This document shows, in pieces, positions 30,153 to 40,445 of a DNA stretch of 64,000 nt. The DNA is taken from contig OZ245842.1 in the NCBI GenBank assembly GCA_965228895.1, forward strand, positions 1,216,001 to 1,280,000, read 5' to 3'. The DNA is from Alphaproteobacteria bacterium (GTDB lineage Bacteria; Pseudomonadota; Alphaproteobacteria; SP197). The notes beneath the pieces are model-generated. The model saw only the letters and a list, made by a program, of their open reading frames with translations. It had not been told where the DNA came from and made no database searches. The translations under genes were made by a program, and so were the position numbers. Each line of letters opens with the position of its first letter. Position 1 is the stretch's first letter.

Positions 30153-31436
30153 ATGGGGACTAGATTGCTGCTGCTCATCGGGTTTGCTGCCCTTGTCGGG
30201 GGAGTGACCCTTTTGGCCTTGCCCGAACGTGCGGCCGCTCAGGATGGTCTGACCGGGCCGACGCAAGACAACCCGTTCAGCATCCGCAACCGATCGCGGC
30301 CCGATTACGACGCCGAGGGCCTGCCGGTCGGCTCGTTCTACGTGTTTCCATCGCTTGAGCTTGGCGAAGTCTACGACAGCAACGTGTTTCGCTCGGAAAC
30401 CAACGAATCCGACGACTTCATCACGACTTACTCGCCCAGCATCCGCGCGGTCTCCAATTGGAACAACCATGGTGTCGCCGTCGGGGCCAGGGCCGAAGGC
30501 GGCGTTTTCGCAGATAACAGCGACGAGAACTACTTCGATTACGGCTTCTTCGCCGCCGGGCGTTTGGATGTCCGCCGGTCGACGCGGGTTGGCGCCTTCG
30601 TGTCCTGGGATCATCGCCACGAGGATCGCGGCTCACCGGAGGATGTTAACGGCGACGAACCGACCGAGTTCGACGAGTTGGCGATGGGCGTCAACGGCAC
30701 CACCACGCAAGGACGCTTCACGATCGGCCTGGGCGGTGAGTACTCCATGTTCACCTATGAAGACGTGACCGCCGGCGGCGGTACCATGCTGATCAACAAC
30801 GGTGACCGTGATCAGAACATCTTCGAAGGTACGGCGCGCGTCGATTATGCGGTCAGCCCGGGCTATTCCATCTTTGTCCTGGGCAGCTATATCGACGTTT
30901 CGTACGAGAACACACCCGATGACGTTGGCCGCGTGCGTGACAACAACGGTTGGCGCGCCGATGCCGGTGTCGCGTTCGACATCACCGAGACCTTAGCCGG
31001 CGACGTCTACGGCGGCTACATCGAGCGCTACTATGATGATCCGACGTTCAACGATACCGGCAGCTTCGACCTTGGCGGCGACATCTACTGGAGCATCTCG
31101 GCGTTAACGACGGCACGTCTGGTGCTGGAGCGCAGTTTTGTTGAGACCACACAGGCTGGCGCTTCCTCGATCCTTCAGACATCTGGCGCGCTCGAGATCG
31201 AGCACGAACTCTTGCGCAATGTGATATTGGGGGCGAACGCCGGGCTTACCAATTTCGACTATGAAGGTATCACCCGTGAGGATGATGTCTGGAGCTTTGG
31301 TGTCGACGGCCGCTATTTGATCAATCAAAACTTTTATGCCGGCGGAAGAGCGCAATATAGCAACCGAGACTCCAATGCGCCCACCGAGAGTTATGAAGAT
31401 ATCGAGGTTGGCATCTTCGTTGGGGCACAGATGTGA
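30153..31436 (+). CDS. Outer-membrane beta-barrel protein of polysaccharide export
   Basis: Signal peptide, RPDYDAEG, YDSNVF, alternating beta-strand pattern; precedes wza-wzc. Confidence 0.85.
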   Translation: MGTRLLLLIGFAALVGGVTLLALPERAAAQDGLTGPTQDNPFSIRNRSRPDYDAEGLPVGSFYVFPSLELGEVYDSNVFRSETNESDDFITTYSPSIRAVSNWNNHGVAVGARAEGGVFADNSDENYFDYGFFAAGRLDVRRSTRVGAFVSWDHRHEDRGSPEDVNGDEPTEFDELAMGVNGTTTQGRFTIGLGGEYSMFTYEDVTAGGGTMLINNGDRDQNIFEGTARVDYAVSPGYSIFVLGSYIDVSYENTPDDVGRVRDNNGWRADAGVAFDITETLAGDVYGGYIERYYDDPTFNDTGSFDLGGDIYWSISALTTARLVLERSFVETTQAGASSILQTSGALEIEHELLRNVILGANAGLTNFDYEGITREDDVWSFGVDGRYLINQNFYAGGRAQYSNRDSNAPTESYEDIEVGIFVGAQM

Positions 31437-31451
31437 GGTTAACCCCCGGCG

Positions 31452-32045
31452 ATGACAGTGATTGCCCGATGTTGGAAACATGAGCTTATCGGTCGCACCC
31501 TAAGGGTGTTGGCCGTGCTGACTCTCGTTCCCCTGCTTGCTGTCTCCGCACAGTTGGCCTTGGCCCAAGACGACACCGCCACGTTCGACGAACGAATCTA
31601 CAAGCTGGGTGTCGGGGACCGGCTGCGCGTTACCGTCTACAACGAACTCGATCTTTCGGGTGAGTTCGATGTCGGACCAGCGGGGACCGTCAATCTGCCC
31701 TTGATCGGCGAGGTTGTGGCCCGGGGGCTCACGATCCCGGAGGTTGAGGACGCCGCAGAAGAACTGTTTCTGCAAGGTTATCTGAAGTCGCCGAGTGTCA
31801 GTATCGAAGTGCTGAACTATCGCCCGTTTTACATTCTGGGCGAGGTGAACGCACCGGGCAGTTATCCGTTCGTTAACGGTATGACGGTACTAAACGCGGT
31901 GGCCCTGGCGGGTGGGTTCACGTATCGGGCCAGCGAAGGCAGTGTTCTGTTGAAACGCGAGGGCGCGGCGTCCGAAGTCTCCGTTACTGTCGATACACCG
32001 GTCTTGCCAGGCGACGTTCTGACTGTAGAAGAGCGTTTCTTCTGA
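31452..32045 (+). CDS. Polysaccharide export protein (short Wza/OPX)
   Basis: YKLGVGDRLRVTV, LPLIGEV, PFYILGEV..PGSYP, AVALAGGFT, ERFF end. Confidence 0.9.
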   Translation: MTVIARCWKHELIGRTLRVLAVLTLVPLLAVSAQLALAQDDTATFDERIYKLGVGDRLRVTVYNELDLSGEFDVGPAGTVNLPLIGEVVARGLTIPEVEDAAEELFLQGYLKSPSVSIEVLNYRPFYILGEVNAPGSYPFVNGMTVLNAVALAGGFTYRASEGSVLLKREGAASEVSVTVDTPVLPGDVLTVEERFF

Positions 32046-32287
32046 TCGTATGTGCCTTGGACACGTGTCCGGCAGGTGAACTATAAGCTCTCTTAATCGA
32101 CCGCGATTCCGACAGGTCGAGATGAAAGGTTGGGCAGACTGTTGAGCCGAGTGATCGCATCGTTGGCGAAGGGCGGAGTTGTCTGGACTGGTAGTTGCCT
32201 GCCAGATCCTGTGGCGCGCCTGTCGTGCACGAGCCGAATCTCATGTCTGTCTCGTGCTGGAATCCCGTGCGAGCGCGCGGTCGATCG

Positions 32288-34531
32288 ATGACGGTCGGTA
32301 TGGACGTAAGGCGCGTACGCGACGGCGATTGGCCGGCTTCCGATGGCGAGTTGGAGGGCGAGAACTCCGCGGATTTGCGCGCTTGGTGGGGCGCGCTTCG
32401 TCGGCACAAGTTCACGATCGCCGTGGTCATCCTAATCGGCACGATTGGTGCCTACTTCGTTGTCGACGGGATCACCCCACAATACTCGGCCATGGCCGAG
32501 GTGCTGATAGAAGGTCAGGGCAGCCGCGTCGTCGAGTTTGACTCCGTCGTGGAAGGTCCATCGCTGGAACAGCCCGCCATCGGCTCTCAGGTGGAGATCC
32601 TTCAGTCGCGATCGCTGGCGGCCAGAGTCATCGACGAGCTTTCGTTGATGGACGACCCGGAATTCAATCCGACACTCGTCGAACCCGAGCTATCCCTGCT
32701 TGACTATTTGAACCCGGAGAACTGGCTGCCCGATCCAATTCTGGAGCGCTTGGGCTTGGCGCCCGAACCGGTGACCATCGTCGAAACGCCGGAGCAGAAA
32801 GAGGCGCGCATTCGCAGGATGGTGATTAACCAATACCTTGGCGGCCTGGAGGTTGAGGCGGTCAGTTTCACCTATGTCATTGCCGTCACGTTTACGTCCG
32901 AAGACCCAGCAAAAGCGGCGCTGATCGCCAACACAACGGCGGAACTCTATATTCTCGATCAGCTCGAGGCGAAGTTTGAAGCGACGGCCCAAGCCAATGA
33001 TTGGTTGAGCGAACGCCTGGAGTCACTCCGTAATGAGGTCATCGCCGCCGATGATGCCTTGACCGCCTATCAGATGGAACATGGCCTAGGCGGCTCGGAA
33101 CGGCAGAGCCTGATCGAACAGCAACTGACGGATGCCAACAGTCAGCTGATGGAAGCCCGCGCCGACCGCGTCGCGGCCCAGGCTCAACTCCAGCAAATGC
33201 GCCAGCTCGTCGAGCGCTCTGGTCCGGCGTCCGTCGGTGCCGTTCTGGAGAGTGGCTTGATTCAGAGCTTGCGCGCGCGCGAGGCGGAGGCCCGCCGTGA
33301 ATTGGCGGAGTTGTCCACGCGATATGGCGATCTACATCCCGAGATCATCAACACCAAGGCCGAGATTGAAGATCTGACCAGGACAATCGACGAGGAGGTC
33401 TCAAAGATCCTCCAGAACCTGGCGAACGAGGTCGAGATTGCCGCGGCGCGTGAGGCCAGTGTTCGTCAGTCGGTCAGCGAGCTTCAGGACCAGTTCAACA
33501 CCGAGCAGTCGGCGGACGTCGGCAGGCTGGAGCTGGAACGCCAGGCCGAAGCAATGCGGCTGCTCTACGACACCATGCTGGCACGCTTCAAGGAAGTTGC
33601 CGAGCAGGAAGAGATCCAAGAGCCGGATGCCAGGGTGATTTCAGCGGCCGTTCCGCCGGGTAGGCCGTCCTGGCCCAAGAAGAAGCTCTTGTTGGCAGGC
33701 GCGTTTGTATTTTCAGCCATGATCGCTGTCGGCATCGTGGTTCTCATCGAGTTGCTGAACACCGGGTTCCGCACCATCGAGGATGTCGAGCGGATCCTCG
33801 GCCAAAGAGGGCTCAGCGAAGTGCCAACGATGTCCGGTGTCTTCAGGGCCGAACCGGAAAATTCGGTCTTGAAGAACCAGATATCTGGCTTTGCCGAAGC
33901 TGTGCGCAGCCTGTCGACGTCTTTGATTTTGTCCAACGTGGATAATCCGCCGAAGCTGATCGCTGTAGCCTCAACGCTGCCCGGGGAGGGCAAGACCTCC
34001 GTTGCCGTCGCTCTGGCGCGTCTCATGTCGATGGGCAAGCGCAACGTTCTTCTGATCGATGGCGACTTGCGCAAGCCGCGGGTTCACAGGGCCGTTGGGC
34101 TGTCGCGTTCGCCTGGACTTTCAGACGCCATAGCCCATGACGTGCCGTTGCTCGAAGCGGTGAGGCCGGAAAGTGCATCGGGTCTGCATATCCTGCGCGC
34201 CGGTTCAGAAGTGCCGAACCCTCAGGACCTTCTGCAGTCGAAGAAAGCCAAGGCCATCTTCGAGCAGATGCGCAAGGCTTATGACATTGTGATCATCGAT
34301 ACGCCAGCGATCATGCCGGTTTCCGACGGCCAATTGCTGACCAACATGGCTGACAAGACGATCTTCCTGGTGCGCTGGGAAAGCACGCCGCGCAAGGTCG
34401 CAAAGCGCGGCCTGCAGAAGATCCTGGCGTCCGGCGCAGACCTTGCCGGCATCGTCCTGACACGTGTTAACCGGAAGAAACAGGCCGGTTACGGCGCAAA
34501 GGCTGAGGCCTACTATTACGGCCGGTACTGA
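32288..34531 (+). CDS. wzc: Polysaccharide co-polymerase/tyrosine autokinase (Wzc/GumC/ExoP-like)
   Basis: Two TM, periplasmic coiled coil, PSWPKK, Walker A GEGKT, LLIDGDLRKP, IIDTP, C-terminal Tyr cluster YYYGRY. Confidence 0.92.
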   Translation: MTVGMDVRRVRDGDWPASDGELEGENSADLRAWWGALRRHKFTIAVVILIGTIGAYFVVDGITPQYSAMAEVLIEGQGSRVVEFDSVVEGPSLEQPAIGSQVEILQSRSLAARVIDELSLMDDPEFNPTLVEPELSLLDYLNPENWLPDPILERLGLAPEPVTIVETPEQKEARIRRMVINQYLGGLEVEAVSFTYVIAVTFTSEDPAKAALIANTTAELYILDQLEAKFEATAQANDWLSERLESLRNEVIAADDALTAYQMEHGLGGSERQSLIEQQLTDANSQLMEARADRVAAQAQLQQMRQLVERSGPASVGAVLESGLIQSLRAREAEARRELAELSTRYGDLHPEIINTKAEIEDLTRTIDEEVSKILQNLANEVEIAAAREASVRQSVSELQDQFNTEQSADVGRLELERQAEAMRLLYDTMLARFKEVAEQEEIQEPDARVISAAVPPGRPSWPKKKLLLAGAFVFSAMIAVGIVVLIELLNTGFRTIEDVERILGQRGLSEVPTMSGVFRAEPENSVLKNQISGFAEAVRSLSTSLILSNVDNPPKLIAVASTLPGEGKTSVAVALARLMSMGKRNVLLIDGDLRKPRVHRAVGLSRSPGLSDAIAHDVPLLEAVRPESASGLHILRAGSEVPNPQDLLQSKKAKAIFEQMRKAYDIVIIDTPAIMPVSDGQLLTNMADKTIFLVRWESTPRKVAKRGLQKILASGADLAGIVLTRVNRKKQAGYGAKAEAYYYGRY

Positions 34532-34572
34532 TCGCTTCAGGTCGTGCGAACGCGTGCTGTGCCGGCGTGCAC

Positions 34573-35736
34573 CTATGCGCCGCGCCGTTTCAGGATTTCC
34601 TTATAGATAGCGGCAACCTCAGTCGTCATAACGTTTGCGTCCCAACGCGACGTATCCGTCTCGCGTGCACCAGAGGCCAGGCGTGCGAGCTCATTCGGGT
34701 CGTCCCTTAGCTCGCGTATCACCGCGACAAGGCCGGCCATGTCGTGGGCAGGCGTCACGACGCCGTTGACGCCGTCGTTGACGATTTCGCCGATGCCCGG
34801 CAGATCAGCCACGACAACGGGCTTTCCCGAGGCCAGGTACTGGATCACGGCTCGTGGCAGACCTTCACGTTCGGATACGTAGATACACAGATCGCTGATG
34901 GCGATGAGATCTTCCGGCACCGTCGTGTGATCGAGGATGCTCAGGTTTTCGGACAGGCCGAGAGCATCGACTTGAGAGCGCACCCTCTCCTTGGTCCGGC
35001 CCTCACCGGCGAACATGACATGACAGCCGTCCAGACCGCCGGCCATCTCGGCAAGTGCCGCGACCAATGGTTCATGTCGCTTACGTTCTTCGAAGGACGA
35101 GAGATAGAGGACTTTGAGTTTGTCTGAATGGGCGCCTGCAATCCGGCGCGCATCCTCGGATTGGAGGTCGCCCGTATAATCTCTGAACCGCCCTATCTCC
35201 ATACCGGATGGAATGACGTGGGCAGGACAGGATCGGCCGATGTTGAGGTGTGCATACTCCGATCTCGCGCCTTCGCTCACAAAGATCATCGCGTCGCAGT
35301 AGCGGGCGGCAAACTTCTCCACGAGGACGTAGATCAGCTTTTTCAGCGGCGACACGTTTGTGAAAGGGATGATGTGTACCGTATGGACGACGGCCTTGGC
35401 GCCGGCACGACGGCCGGCGATGCGCCCAACGATGCCGGCCTTCGACTGGTGGGTATGCACGATGTCGGGCGCGAACGTCTTGAACACCGCGGTGAGTTCA
35501 CGCAGGGCGCGCAGATCGGCCAGTGGCGAAATTGGGTGAATCAAGGACGGGACGGCGATCAAGTCGACATCAGGCTCCGGTGCTGACAGGTAGCTGTCGA
35601 CGATATCGCGGCCGTGTGCGATGGCCACGGTACTGCCTGCTTTTGCTTGGGCCCTGCAGCACAGCATGGTGTTTTCTTCTGTGCCGCCGCGCAGCATGCG
35701 CGTGATCACGTGAACGATCCGTGGGCTGGCGGTCAC
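34573..35736 (-). CDS. Glycosyltransferase family 4
   Basis: HVITRMLRGGTE, PDIVHTHQSKAG, EGLPRAVIQ; GTG overlaps the upstream stop. Confidence 0.88.
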   Translation of the reverse strand: MTASPRIVHVITRMLRGGTEENTMLCCRAQAKAGSTVAIAHGRDIVDSYLSAPEPDVDLIAVPSLIHPISPLADLRALRELTAVFKTFAPDIVHTHQSKAGIVGRIAGRRAGAKAVVHTVHIIPFTNVSPLKKLIYVLVEKFAARYCDAMIFVSEGARSEYAHLNIGRSCPAHVIPSGMEIGRFRDYTGDLQSEDARRIAGAHSDKLKVLYLSSFEERKRHEPLVAALAEMAGGLDGCHVMFAGEGRTKERVRSQVDALGLSENLSILDHTTVPEDLIAISDLCIYVSEREGLPRAVIQYLASGKPVVVADLPGIGEIVNDGVNGVVTPAHDMAGLVAVIRELRDDPNELARLASGARETDTSRWDANVMTTEVAAIYKEILKRRGA

Positions 35737-36710
35737 AGGAAGCGCCCCTTGGGGTCTTCTTCCATCCACCGTTTCAGCGACGATTGGAGATCGGTTTCGA
35801 AGCGATAGTTCAACTGCTGGAGAGCCTTAGGGACAATATTTGTGGATTGTTGCAGCTTGGCGATACGTTGCGAGTTGATCGGCGCGGGAAGACCAACCGC
35901 CGACAGAAGGTCTCCAGCCGCGCCGAGGCAGGTTGCGGCAAAGCCGGGCAGCGTCCCGCGAGGCGGGCCCAAGCCCGCTACCGTATGAAAGGCCGTGCAG
36001 ATATCCTCGATCGTGTAGCGCTCGGGATAGCAGAAATTGAAGGTCAGGTCGTCGTTGGCCTTGTCGGGCAGTGCCGTCATCGCACGTATCAGTTCGTCGA
36101 CGTAACCGCACGACTTGATGGTGTCGCGTCGGCCGGGATAGACGAAAAGGCCTGTCGATAGGGCTTTTGCAAGTCTGGTGAAGTTGCCGCCCTCGCCGGG
36201 ACCGAAAATTACCGCGGGACGGATGACGACAAGTTGGCAGTGATCATGCCGATCGGCTGATGTTCGATGGATTGCTTCCGCCATAAGTTTTGATTTGCCG
36301 TAAGCCGACGTCGGCGTCGGTTCTACTGTTTCGTCAACCGGATCTTCAGTCGGCCCGTAGACAGCGATAGAGCTGGTGAAAACGATACGCGACGCGCCGA
36401 CATCTTCGGCAAACCGGGCAATGTTGATGGCACCCCAAACGTTCGTGTTGAAGTAGTCGGCATCCGGGTGACCGGGTGTGCGGTGCACTGCCGCTAGATT
36501 GTAGACATGGGCCGGAGAGGAAGCGGGTAGTTCGGTATGGCTGATTGGCAGTCGGACATCGCAATCGACGTAGTCGACGCCGGCCAGCGCCTGCTTAGGG
36601 GCGGCAATGTCGAGACTGACGACATGCTGATAACCACCGTTTTCGACGAGGGATTTTGCAAGCCTGGTGCCGATAAAGCCGGCACCACCGAAGATGTAGG
36701 CTGTTGTCAT
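35733..36710 (-). CDS. NAD-dependent epimerase/dehydratase
   Basis: GGAGFIG, NLAAVH, TSSIAVYG, YGKSK. Confidence 0.9.
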   Translation of the reverse strand: MTTAYIFGGAGFIGTRLAKSLVENGGYQHVVSLDIAAPKQALAGVDYVDCDVRLPISHTELPASSPAHVYNLAAVHRTPGHPDADYFNTNVWGAINIARFAEDVGASRIVFTSSIAVYGPTEDPVDETVEPTPTSAYGKSKLMAEAIHRTSADRHDHCQLVVIRPAVIFGPGEGGNFTRLAKALSTGLFVYPGRRDTIKSCGYVDELIRAMTALPDKANDDLTFNFCYPERYTIEDICTAFHTVAGLGPPRGTLPGFAATCLGAAGDLLSAVGLPAPINSQRIAKLQQSTNIVPKALQQLNYRFETDLQSSLKRWMEEDPKGRFL

Positions 36711-36770
36711 GGGACTGACAGGTTTCCGGGTGGAGTCGACACCTGACGGCGGCGTTCGTGTGTTTGTTTC

Positions 36771-37886
36771 TTAGGCAGCAAAGATTTCCCTCCCGGCTTG
36801 CTGGATACTCGCGGCCGAATACTCAGACCGCATGTCTTGTGCCGCCCGTTGTCCAAGCAGGTGACGAAGGTTCTCATCGGCTGCAAGTTCGCTCATCAGG
36901 TCGGCGAGTTCGCTCGGAGCCGGCGAACCGGCTTTGAGCATGTTCTCTCTGTCGATACCGTATTCGCGAATGCCCCCAACATCCGTGGAGATCACCGGAA
37001 GGCCGACCGACATGGCTTCGGCGACCACGATGCAGAACCCCTCGCTATCGCTGGCGTTAACATACATGTCGTAATCGGGTCCCGCCGTGAACCAGGCGGC
37101 CTCGTAGCCCTTCAATACGACACGTCCGTCCAAATCGAGGGTTTCAACCAGCCTGGCCAACGCGTCTCGTTCGATGCCGTCGCCAAAGATGCTGAGCCGG
37201 GCATCGATACCTCGATCACGGAGCAGTGCGACAGCCCGAATAATCTTGTCGAAATTCTTGACCGGCGACAGACGCCCGGCGGCACAGATGGATAGGCTGT
37301 CGCCCAGACCATAGTCGTCTTTTTCCGGTGTATCGTCGGCAACGCGAAACAGCGGAACCACATGCTTTCTGCGACCTGGCCGTGGCACAAAGTACTTTGA
37401 CGTTTCGTCCAAGGTCTGCTGGCAATCGGCCCAGACTTCGCCGACGCGGATGGAAAGCGGCCACAACAAAAAACGATAGGCCCACTGCAGGCGTCGAGCC
37501 TGATAGGTGACGATGTGCTCAAAGGCAATGCACCGGATGCCCGGAAACGCCATGAGGACAGCGCGCCCGATGATGTTGGCCTGCTTGAGCGAGAGGACGA
37601 CCGCGTCCGGACGACGACGCCGAATCTCACCAATCAAGGTGCCAATTCCCTTGATCATACTGTTCAACGACAACGTCGGCGATGGATCACTGATCCGGAA
37701 GTGGTCGGCGCCAACCGTATCTCGTAGATCGTCGGCCAGCGAGGCTCGGCCCCGACATAGCCCCAAGATGGCGAGCTCGTTTCCACCAAAAAAGTCGTTC
37801 TGTAAGAGCGTCAGAAGACCATGTTCCGCGCCGCCGGCGTTGAAGCCGTTAATGACATAAAGCACGCGCATTTTTTGTTTCCCCAC
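36771..37886 (-). CDS. Glycosyltransferase family 4
   Basis: GGAEH, GRLSPVKNF, EGFCIVVAEAM..G.PVISTDVGG. Confidence 0.88.
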   Translation of the reverse strand: MGKQKMRVLYVINGFNAGGAEHGLLTLLQNDFFGGNELAILGLCRGRASLADDLRDTVGADHFRISDPSPTLSLNSMIKGIGTLIGEIRRRRPDAVVLSLKQANIIGRAVLMAFPGIRCIAFEHIVTYQARRLQWAYRFLLWPLSIRVGEVWADCQQTLDETSKYFVPRPGRRKHVVPLFRVADDTPEKDDYGLGDSLSICAAGRLSPVKNFDKIIRAVALLRDRGIDARLSIFGDGIERDALARLVETLDLDGRVVLKGYEAAWFTAGPDYDMYVNASDSEGFCIVVAEAMSVGLPVISTDVGGIREYGIDRENMLKAGSPAPSELADLMSELAADENLRHLLGQRAAQDMRSEYSAASIQQAGREIFAA

Positions 37887-38036
37887 AGAACAGGTGCAGA
37901 TCCCGATGCGGCCATGCCAACACCCCCTTGTCGTGAGGCCCAGAAGCTGGATTTCAACGTCGTCAAGGTGGGGTGATGGTATAGCCCGCTAGCCGTTCGT
38001 ACCTGTTCGTTTCTTAACTGCGAAATCCACCGTACT

Positions 38037-39017
38037 CTACGATGGCGTGTCTGTTTGGCCGCCCCCCCTTATTGACCGAATCAGTCGATGGGTGCGGATG
38101 GCGACTATCCGGGGCACAATGGCCAAACCGACATAGGCGTAGGCGCGGATCTGTCGGGGATCGTACCGCAAGGAGCGCACCAGGAACTTCGCCGCGGCAA
38201 GCCTATCGCCGATCTGAATCATGCCCCATCCAACCTTCGCGGCACGCAGGGCCAGACGTTTGCGCGCCAGTGGCTTCAGTGACGGGTTCCGCTCAGCAAA
38301 CTCGTCGGTCAGACGAATGTTGTAGGGCCACAAGCGATCTTGCTGACTGGACAACGATCCGGCGTGACGTCGCTTTTTCACCAGCGCTTGCGGGATATGA
38401 TGAAAATTGAACTTCTCCGCGACACGAAGACAGAACTCAGTATCTTCATTCATGGGCAACGACTCGTTAAATCCGCCGAGCTCATCGAAGACTGCCTTGC
38501 GGACGATCATGGTAGACGGCATGACCGGGGCGTCGCGAAGGTAGTACTCGGCCAGCAGGTTGCTGTCGTCGGCTCGGTAGCTCAAGGCGTGCGCGCGGTC
38601 TAGGTCGTTCGGCTTGCCGCCGTCGAACTCGTAGAAGTCCGAATAGACGAGACCGACAGCCGGATGGGAGTCGAATGACGGCAGCTGGCGTTCCAGCTTC
38701 TCCTCTTGCCATAAATCATCGCCGTCCAGAAAGGCGACATAGGTGCCACAGACACGGGCCAGCGCTCTATTTCGCGCCGATGAAACACCGCCGTTCTGTG
38801 ATCGGATCAGCGAGAGTTTGGGCTCAGTGGCTACCAATGCGTCGACTAAGTCGGCCGAGTCGTCGGTCGATCCGTCATCCACAACGATGATCTCAACGAT
38901 GCGGTCGAAGGCCGTCTGAGCAAGGACGCTTTTCAAGGCGTCGAGGATCTTATCGCCTTCGTTGTAGCAGGTAAGGATGACACTGGTATCGGCCGGGACC
39001 ATGGTGCGCGCTTCCAT
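38037..39017 (-). CDS. Glycosyltransferase family 2
   Basis: SVILTCYN, IIVVDDGSTD, NGGVSSARN, FLDGDD, ED. Confidence 0.9.
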   Translation of the reverse strand: MEARTMVPADTSVILTCYNEGDKILDALKSVLAQTAFDRIVEIIVVDDGSTDDSADLVDALVATEPKLSLIRSQNGGVSSARNRALARVCGTYVAFLDGDDLWQEEKLERQLPSFDSHPAVGLVYSDFYEFDGGKPNDLDRAHALSYRADDSNLLAEYYLRDAPVMPSTMIVRKAVFDELGGFNESLPMNEDTEFCLRVAEKFNFHHIPQALVKKRRHAGSLSSQQDRLWPYNIRLTDEFAERNPSLKPLARKRLALRAAKVGWGMIQIGDRLAAAKFLVRSLRYDPRQIRAYAYVGLAIVPRIVAIRTHRLIRSIRGGGQTDTPS

Positions 39018-39019
39018 TG

Positions 39020-40249
39020 TTAGGCCCGGCTTAGTGCCAGAGACTCGGGGCGGTGGACATGGCTACGTTGCCGCATCAACGACACACGTGAAATGTCTGG
39101 CCACAGGGAGACGAGGCCCAAGTAAAGGAAGGCCTCGGTCCCAGAGGCTTCCAAACCGCAAATCACGAGACCTGTGACGTAAAAAATGATGAACGAGAAC
39201 AGATAAGTTTTCCGCGCTGGCGCATTCATCAGGCGGTTGATCTTCATCAGGCGCAGAAATCGTAGGGTTCGGAAGACCGCGGCGCCCCAGATAAAGAGGT
39301 AGGCGAACAGGCCAACCAGGCCGTTCTCGACCAGAATTCTGAAGAATTCTCCATGGATCGATGTGCGCAGGAAGTCCGGGTAGAAAGAAAAGAACCTATT
39401 GATCAGGTTCTGGTAGTTGTTGGTGCCGACGCCGAACAACGGATGTTGTGAAAACATCTCCATGCCTACCTTGAAGGCGAATATTCGCTGTTCGTTGCTG
39501 TACGATATGGGCGCGCCGGCGGGCGTATAGCCGGTTTCGAACGCAAAGCTGTTCAGCTGTCTTAGCACGTAGTCGTCGACGAAAAAGATCATCGCCACCG
39601 CAACGCACATGACGGGAACGAGAAATGCGACAACCGCTTTTCTCGAGCGCATCCCAATCATGATCATCAGGAAAGACAGGGCATAGAGAACGAGCGCCTT
39701 GCGCTCGCCCGACAACAGGATGACACCGCCCAACAGACCGAACAGCGCCAACTGCAGAAAGTTCGGTCGAAAGTTGCGCATGGCTATCCAGATCATCGTC
39801 AACAACGTGGCGATAGCGAACGCATGCTTGAGTTCGTCAAGACGCTTCCAGCCCGACCAGTAGCCCTCATTGATGTGCCAGCCGACGTTGAACGCCAAAA
39901 AACCCCAGGTTGCCCAGAACAGGACCCACCACTTGGTACCTCTGGGTGCCGGGTCATCCGCGTTGCTCAGAGACAGAAGAAAAGCCAGCACGACACAGGC
40001 CTGAAGCCCCTCTCGGATGCCGTTCGACTGACCCACCATCATGGCCGAGAAGACATGGACAAAAACGAACGGAAGCAAAAGCAGGAAACCCGTCGGTATG
40101 CGAAGCTTCGCGCGTGCAAGGACCCTAAAAACGAGCAAGGCCGTCATCAAGGCGGCGACGAAGTCAAACGGCCGAACGAAGACACCGGCAACGCGCTCTT
40201 CGATGCCGCTGAACAGACTGAGCACGGCAACGATAGCCAGCCAGGTCAT
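39020..40249 (-). CDS. Wzy polymerase / O-antigen ligase family protein
   Basis: About 10 TM; LLSGERK, HPLFGVG..NY, H.EFFRILVENGLVG. Confidence 0.82.
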   Translation of the reverse strand: MTWLAIVAVLSLFSGIEERVAGVFVRPFDFVAALMTALLVFRVLARAKLRIPTGFLLLLPFVFVHVFSAMMVGQSNGIREGLQACVVLAFLLSLSNADDPAPRGTKWWVLFWATWGFLAFNVGWHINEGYWSGWKRLDELKHAFAIATLLTMIWIAMRNFRPNFLQLALFGLLGGVILLSGERKALVLYALSFLMIMIGMRSRKAVVAFLVPVMCVAVAMIFFVDDYVLRQLNSFAFETGYTPAGAPISYSNEQRIFAFKVGMEMFSQHPLFGVGTNNYQNLINRFFSFYPDFLRTSIHGEFFRILVENGLVGLFAYLFIWGAAVFRTLRFLRLMKINRLMNAPARKTYLFSFIIFYVTGLVICGLEASGTEAFLYLGLVSLWPDISRVSLMRQRSHVHRPESLALSRA

Positions 40250-40445
40250 CGCAGCACCCGTGTGTGCAGACCCCGTCGAGCGATGACCGAACGGCTGGCT
40301 TTACTGTTGTCCATAGCCTGACTTTACCATTAAAAGCACCGATCTAGCAGAGGTCCTTTTCAATTGACCCTGTGGTCCCGGCAGGTAGTTTGGCTGCTTG
40401 TCGGGATTGCGCATCTGTCTACTCTGACGTCAGGCATGGGCACGC